The notes beneath the pieces are model-generated. The model did not search any database. It saw only the letters and a list, made by a program, of their open reading frames with translations, and was not told the DNA's origin. A program made the translations under genes and the position numbers. A DNA stretch of 63,997 nucleotides, counting the filler, from Diploschistes diacapsis (Eukaryota), in NCBI GenBank assembly GCA_023645945.1. It is 6 parts of 6 records of this genome, joined end to end, with 100 filler letters (N's around TTAATTAATTAA, not from the genome) between each part and the next. Parts side by side here need not be neighbours in the genome. Positions count along the whole stretch, not along the records: positions 57,577 to 63,997 come from JALAIB010001397.1; 5 more parts are not named here. One strand, 5' to 3'. Below, one piece after another: positions 57,580 through 63,997 of the stretch (its first letter is position 1; each line of letters starts with the position of its first letter).

Positions 57580-60500
57580 TCACGCCCCACTAAAACCCCC
57601 ATCCCCACTATTTGGGGTATCCATCTCCGGCACAACCGTCGGTCCCAACCTCTCCACCTTCTCCACCAGCTCCGCCGCCACCATAATATTCTGCGCCCCG
57701 TTCAGCGCCTTTACGAGCATCGTCTCGTTCCTCTCCGCCACCACTTTCCGCAGCGCTGACGCCCAAAAAGGCGCCACGAGGCCTACGGCCCAGGAATCGG
57801 GGATCTGGCTCAGGACGGTGGAGATGTCGAACCAGGGCCCAAAGCGGGCGAGGAGCTCCGATGTACGCTCGAAGCGCTCCGAAGCGTCGGAGATGCTCAA
57901 GAATTCCGGGAGGAGGGAGGAGAAGAGGGATGATTGTTGCTCGTGCGTTGGGACACGCTGGAGGGTTAAGGAGTTGGTGGTGGTAGTGGTTGTGTTTGTG
58001 GTAGAGGTAGAGGTGCCGGGGGTTGCTGGGTGGAAGATGCTCGCGCCGCCGAGGAGGCAGTAGTTTATGGCGGTGTGGTAGTCTCCTAGGCCATGTGTGA
58101 GGAGGCGGAGGGCTTGCGTGTGGTGGCCTTGTTGCCCTTCCAGAATGATAGACTCGGGGACTAGGGCTTGTCCGTAGGGCTGGATACGCTCGAGCACGGT
58201 GGCTACGTCATAGGTGAAATCAGTGCCATGGCTACCGCCTAAGAGCTCGAGCAGACGGATCCGATCGGCCCACCATTGGTCCCGGACAGGGGCGTCGGTA
58301 ATGAACTGGCGATATGTGGGTTTCGGAGCGGGAAGGGCGCGATAGATGTTGTAGGATGAGGAGAGGAAGTGGAGGGCGTCTTCGGAGGTGGAAAGAACTG
58401 ATAGAACAGAGTCAAGATAGTAGCCTATCAATTCGTTCGCATATTTCGTGTTTTTTTTGCCAAAGACGAGGTGCTCAAGGTAGACCTTTACGGCATGTGG
58501 CGAGTCCTTTCGGAGGAGGTTGACGACTTGAACGGGGTGGATCCTGACTTTAGCTGCATCATCGGTGAAGACTTGCACACCGAGCTGTGGGTTGCGATTG
58601 GCGAGCCATGTGCCGTATTCTTCCACAAGTCCTCGGTCTGATCTATTAATGAGGTATCTCTTTACCTCGTTCTCGCCATCAGTAAAGCCGCCGCCATCGT
58701 CTGGTGCTCCTTCAAGGATTCGGCGCCAAGTATCAAGGACTTCTTTAGACATGCGTCGACTCTGGTACAACCGGCTGAGAACGTATAGGCGGCGGTATTC
58801 TTCGAGTAGCTCCACAGCACGATCAAAGCAGTTCATAGGGTTGTCCACGATAGAGTAAAGCTCCGCTCGGTTTGTAGATGAGGCGCCTGCCCCAAGATGA
58901 GATTGCTGGTCTTGGAATAGGAGGACATGGAGCAGAGCAGCATCGACTGTAGCAAACACATGCGCCTCGTCTGGAATACTACCAAATCCTTTTCGTTGTC
59001 TCCACGCAGAGAGATAGCGCTTGACGAGACCAAGTACATCAAAGTCTTCTGGTCGAGAGAGAACCTCATCCGGCTCAAGAGTGACCGCAATTCCTTGCAG
59101 TCTATCGTGCATGAGGTCCACAAGGCCCGCATGAACCCAAATCCCAGAAGGACCCTCAAAGATATCCTCGTGCAGAAAGGGAATCATCGAAAGGATCAAC
59201 CTTGGGTCTGCACCAGCCTCCATCAAGAGCTGTTCGTTTAGCTGAGCGTCGACGTCGTCACGATTGACAGCAACGTCCGCGAATAGTATAATGCTGATTT
59301 TCTGTCTAACGTACTCCAGGCTGAGGAACTCTGTCTCAGACTGTGCATCATGATTTCGTAGGCTCTTGATGATCCGTATCAACCTCGCTTGTTCTAGGCG
59401 GGACTGTTTGCAGTCGTCCAAGACCTGTTGTATTAAGCTATCAATTCGAAGTAGGATGGGGTTCCGCGTAGTCCAGAAGATCTTATCGTCATACCAAGTC
59501 AATATTCTAGCCTGGGCTTGACCTAGGCGACTGCCGAATTCATTTTCTTGGGCATTTCTCGTTCTTTCCGCTCCAATTGTGTCTTGTTGGCCACCTAAAA
59601 TCGCGGCCCTCTGGCCAGTGCTACTGAGATGCAATCTTCGAAAACGTAAAGCCTTCCCGATCTCTGTAAAGTGGAATTGGCCTGCAGTTTTCACATTAGT
59701 GACACCTATCGTGGGCAAATCGCCAATTTCGGATGATCGAGTGGGGGGCGGCAATTCGAGATAGGTTCTTGGGGCCCCTGCAACATCCCATCTTTGTATC
59801 TCAATACCACGCAGATGTTCATTTGGAGCTATCCTTTCAACGGCAGCCAGGATAAAGCCATCAGAGCTTTGCTCGGGCACCCCATGATGGCCAGCATCCA
59901 ACACTTCTCCTCCATCCTGTGCTACTTTGAGCGGATATCGACTAAATTCCAAAGTTCCGCGGACGACATCGCCATCGAGGTTTACAAAGATGCCAACCCC
60001 AGCTTCTTGGTTGCTAGTGCCCGTAAACAAGAGAAATTCCGTTGGCAAGAGTGAGAGGATATGAGGCTGCAGAAACTCCTTTGCTTCAGCCCTCTTCACT
60101 GGGGTCCTGTCGGGTGATGCTTCTGTAGGTAAGGAGGGGAGTGGCCTATTGGGAGATGGCGAGCGCAAATCACGTACACCAGCAGCGGAGATGGAGCGAA
60201 CGGGGGAAACAGCACCAGCTCTAGCTTCAGGAGTACCAAGTCCTGATCTGCGCTGCTGACCCTGAGGGCGCTGCTCTGCTTGGCGGTTCGTAAGACCGCT
60301 TACGAGCGCACCCAGGCTGGTATTTCTACCATGGCCTTGACTCGCGGTTGCCGACTCCCCGTACTTGCTCTTCGAGGGAGATTGGGCCTGGGCTGAGACA
60401 AGAGAGCGTGTAATTTGCCTTTCTGCTGCTGAGATTGCAGTATCATCGAGTGACGAGATGGGAAAGAGCGGGATTTTTTGTGAATTTTCCAGATCAACAA

Positions 60501-61128
60501 GAGCGTATGACCGAGAATCCGCGACGCACGCATACTTGCCTCGTCTTGCTCCAGCTAGGCATCCCGGGTAGTCAAGAGCTTTGGCGCCAACTCCTTCACC
60601 AATGGTCAATAATCGCATCTTGGACCGCAAAGCCATCATTGCGTTGTCCTCTGCCTCATCCCCACTGCCGGCCTCATCAAGGTCCGTTCCACCAATCCAC
60701 AGGCACTTGGTGACCGGTCGAGGCGCATTCTGCGCAGGGCTGAGTTCAGGCAAGCTGTGGAAAGTTAGGGTGCCATTACACAATATCAGGGCTTTCCCTG
60801 CGTTTGGCAAGACAACAATATGCTGTACACCAATCTGCAAGTCTTGCGAAGACTTTGACGTGGGCTCAATTCGCGATGCAAGAATGAGTTCCGGCGGTTC
60901 ATCCTGGTCACCTCCGGGTATTGAGACGTAGTGAAGGACTTCCGCCCCTGATGTCCCAATATACAGGTTCCCATCTGGATTGCTTCAGCTAAAAAACTAG
61001 TCTAGCAGGAAAAACAAACCCCAGTATTCTACACATGTTATGTATGCTTCATTGGCATCTCCGTCACTTGACAACGGTACATTCTCTATCAGAGGCTTGA
61101 GGGTGTATGGGCACGTCAGGGATGCCAT
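57580..61128 (-). CDS. Vps3/TGFBRAP1 (Vam6/Vps39-like) CNH-domain tethering-complex subunit
   Basis: First exon MASLTCPYTLKPLIENVPL...ITCVEYW, intron, NLYIGTS, CNH beta-propeller motifs, and C-terminal YLEHLV...HTQALRLLTHGLGDYHTAINYC. Confidence 0.8.
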
Positions 61129-61583
61129 CGCCCTCTGACTTGCCGATTCACGGAGGCTCAAAGGCTGTAGGCGACATTGCCGCTGGCGACAAGCGCAGGG
61201 TAGATCATGCGCGCTTGCTGAGTAAAGATATCCTTGGATCGTTCATACCCATTGAGTCAAGAAGCTTTTAGTGATCTGCAGCCCTCCGAGATAAAATGAG
61301 TACCTGCTCGTAAATACCAAGGTACTACAGGCTGAGAAAATTGAAAATTGTGAGTTGCTATCCATCGGAGTTATCGGACTAACGCCGGAAATGCATCGCC
61401 AATTTGACTCGTCACCAGAAACCAACAAGCTGGTTGTCTTGGGCTTATTTCTACAGTATATTGGCTTGGTTGACCCAAAGAACCCTCTGCCGATGGTCAA
61501 AAATCTGTGTGTGATCGCTTTTCGCTTGCGGTTGGGCATGTTGCGTATTGGAGACCTGCGGTGAGAAAGCGTTGCTGCCACAT

Positions 61584-63997
61584 ATGGACCTTTCCGTAGA
61601 AGAGCAAGGCCGGTTATCACAGGATGAAGTCCCAACTGCGAATCTTGATACTGCAAAGGGAAAGACAACGAACGGCCAAGATGGCTCTAGTAACGATCAT
61701 CAATTCCAGAGAGCTATCTCAGCTTGGCGCGGTGAGTTCGCATTGCTTGTTCGGATGGGGAGTTGCTGACTTCCGCGAAGCAATCGACCTAGGGAACCTT
61801 GTTCCACAGCTGGACCAAACCGCTTCTGGCATTGTCGAAAACCAAAAAGACGCCCTTGTGCAGAGAAAAGAGCTTGCGCAGAAGACGAAGGACTTCCGAA
61901 AGCTAGAAGAGTCCGAAAAGTTGTCTGAGTGGAAGGTCCTTCTGAAGGGTAAGGCATCAGGACTGTTGCTCACAAGCAAGCTGACAGTCTCGCAGCGTAC
62001 CAGAACTTTGTGGACTTACTCACAAATCATGGCAAGACAACTTCGACGGCGTTCCTACAAGTGTACTCCTCCATTTCAGAAGCTCCCGACCCGTATCCGT
62101 TGCTGGAGGCCTCCGTGGAGTCGCTTCTAATCTCCGAAGACACAGTACCTAAGTTAACAGCAGAGAACGAGCGTCTGCAGAAAACCGTACGCAACCTGAC
62201 TCGAGATCTTGAGCTAGCAGAGAACCAAGTTCAGCAAGAGCGGACGGTGAGGAAGGAGCTAGAAGAGTCCCGAGAAAGCAAATCGAAGGATATAGAAGCA
62301 TCCTGGCAAGCAGTTCTCGACGAAAAGAAGTTAAATTGGGACGCTCGAGAGAAAGCGCTCGAGGAGAAGCTGCAGGATCAGGAACGTCTTTTCGCGGAGG
62401 TCAAGGCTAGTTATGAAGTCTCGCAAAGACTGGGGCAGTCTGAGGAGGGTGGAGATAGTATCCCAGCAACGGCAAGCGCAGCAGAGCTCGAATTTGTTCA
62501 TTCAGATTTGGAACGGACAAGTCAGCGGTTGGCTGAAATGGAGGCGCGCAACGAGCAATTGCTGCGAGAGCTAGCGCAAGCCTCGTCGAATGTTCCCAAA
62601 AAGACCAATGTGGAGGAAGACCCTGCTTTCACGCGGCTTCGGTCCGAGAATAGTTCATTACTTCGCAAGCTGGATGCTACAAAGTTTGATAAAGACTCGG
62701 AGATCAGAAAGATTGACGGGCAAAGGAAGGCTTTGGAACATAATGTTCAGTTGCTACAGGCTGAGGCGGAAGGGCTGCGCGAAAAGCTGCTCAAGTGGCG
62801 AGACTACCCAGATATAAAGCGAGAACTTGGAGTTTTCAAGGTACATTCCGTGGCCGCTTCACGTTCGAACTGCGCTAATCCCTGAAGTAGGCCATTGAGT
62901 TCTCTACAATAAACGAAGACGATGAACCCGGACCAACCTTGAACGGAGAAAATGGCCATCACAGAGATTCCAGCACAACTGACGGCGCCAGCGGAAACAA
63001 GCAAGAGTCGCTGGAGCAACTTCTACTAGCCAGAAACAAGAAACTAAGCAGCGAGCTGGCAGTCCTTCGCGTCTCACAGCAAAGTCTCCAGAAAGAATTA
63101 TCCAGTCTCCAAGGGACCATGTCCAGCACCATCGCCGACCTCGAGCGCGCCCAAAACCTGAACGTAACCCTCGAAAACGATCTCCTGACCCTCCAACAAG
63201 AAGCCTCCAACCAGTTCCCCATGTCCGCCAGGTCCGTCTCTTCGCGCTACCCCGTCTCAGCAACATTCGCGCGGAGCCCCTTTGGCGCGGGGCCCGGCTC
63301 TTCCTACACGCCCCGCCGCAGCGGCTCGCCAACATCGTCCATAATCTCCGGCTTCGACCCCACCCGCTCGCCCTACGAATCCTTCGACTCGCTCCGCGCT
63401 TCGGACGCACTAGGCGGTGGGTCCGGCATCCTCCCGATGGTCCAAGCCCAGCGCGACCGCTTCAAGAGCAAGAACTCGCAGCTGGAAGCCGAGCTGCAGA
63501 AGCAGTACAACACCGTCTCCTCTCTCCGGCAAGAGATCGCCGCTTTACAAAAGGACAACCTCAACCTCTACGAAAAGACGCGCTACGTGTCGACCTACCA
63601 GCGCGGCAGCAGCCAGCCGCAGTCGTCGTCCGCCTCGACGTACGCGGCGGCGCCGCAGAGCAGCGCCATCCAAATCGGGGTGGGTTCCTCGGACAGCACG
63701 TCCTCGGGCCTGACAATGGACCGGTACCGCTCCGCGTACGAGGCCAACATCTCGCCCTTTGCGGCCTTCCGCGGCAGGGAGGCGGCACGGGCGTACAGGC
63801 GGATGAGCATGCCGGAGCGACTGATCTACAGCGTGACGAGGCTGGTGCTGGCGAATCGGACGAGCAGGAATCTGTTTGCGGTGTACTGCGTGGCGCTGCA
63901 TGTGCTGGTGTTTGTGATGCTGTACTGGATGCAGAGCGTGGACGTGGAGAAGCATGCGAGCCAGCTGTCGCATGGGGTTGCGGCGGCGGTGGCGGGC
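61584..63997 (+). CDS. COY1: Golgi coiled-coil protein Coy1/CASP, multi-exon, runs off window end
   Basis: FQRAISAWR/IDL...QRKELAQKTKDFRKL, YQNFVDLLT...EAPDPYPLLEAS, ILPMVQAQRDRF, DNLNLYEKTRY and C-terminal TM YCVALHVLVF. Confidence 0.88.

Noticed and set aside
1263..63997. Window-wide vesicle-trafficking cluster (VPS21, APL4, Vps3-like, COY1) or a P450/laccase/sulfatase secondary-metabolite cluster
   Set aside because: The genes lie on different concatenated contigs, and no PKS, NRPS or terpene synthase backbone gene is present.

Overview
Six unrelated contigs joined by 100-nt artificial spacers (N44-TTAATTAATTAA-N44). Five are intron-containing nuclear DNA of a filamentous ascomycete (Pezizomycotina). 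They carry Rab5/Vps21, a damaged cytochrome P450, Scs3/FIT, an arylsulfatase, a laccase, AP-1 gamma adaptin, a sterol O-acyltransferase, a BAG protein, the Pff1 M28 protease, a SUR7/PalI protein, a MATH-USP-like-MORN-RING protein, Nop2, an orphan ORF, a GH64 glucanase, an App1-like phosphatase, the start of an NDUFB8-like gene, Swr1, Vps3/TGFBRAP1 and Coy1/CASP. The standout is the very AT-rich contig at 7005-13907, which reads as an apparently intact linear mitochondrial plasmid (invertron). It has perfect 141-bp terminal inverted repeats and two convergent ORFs that the standard-code track fragments. With TGA=Trp (code 4) they become a 907-aa T7-like RNA polymerase (7069-9792, +) and a 1300-aa protein-primed family B DNA polymerase (13843-9941, -). 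Both start inside the TIRs and share an identical 26-aa N-terminus. The DNA polymerase runs about 305 aa past the normal polymerase end, into a tail with a transmembrane-like helix and Ser/Thr/Glu-rich 12-aa repeats; this is the most novel-looking feature. All translations and alignments were done by eye and no database searches were run.
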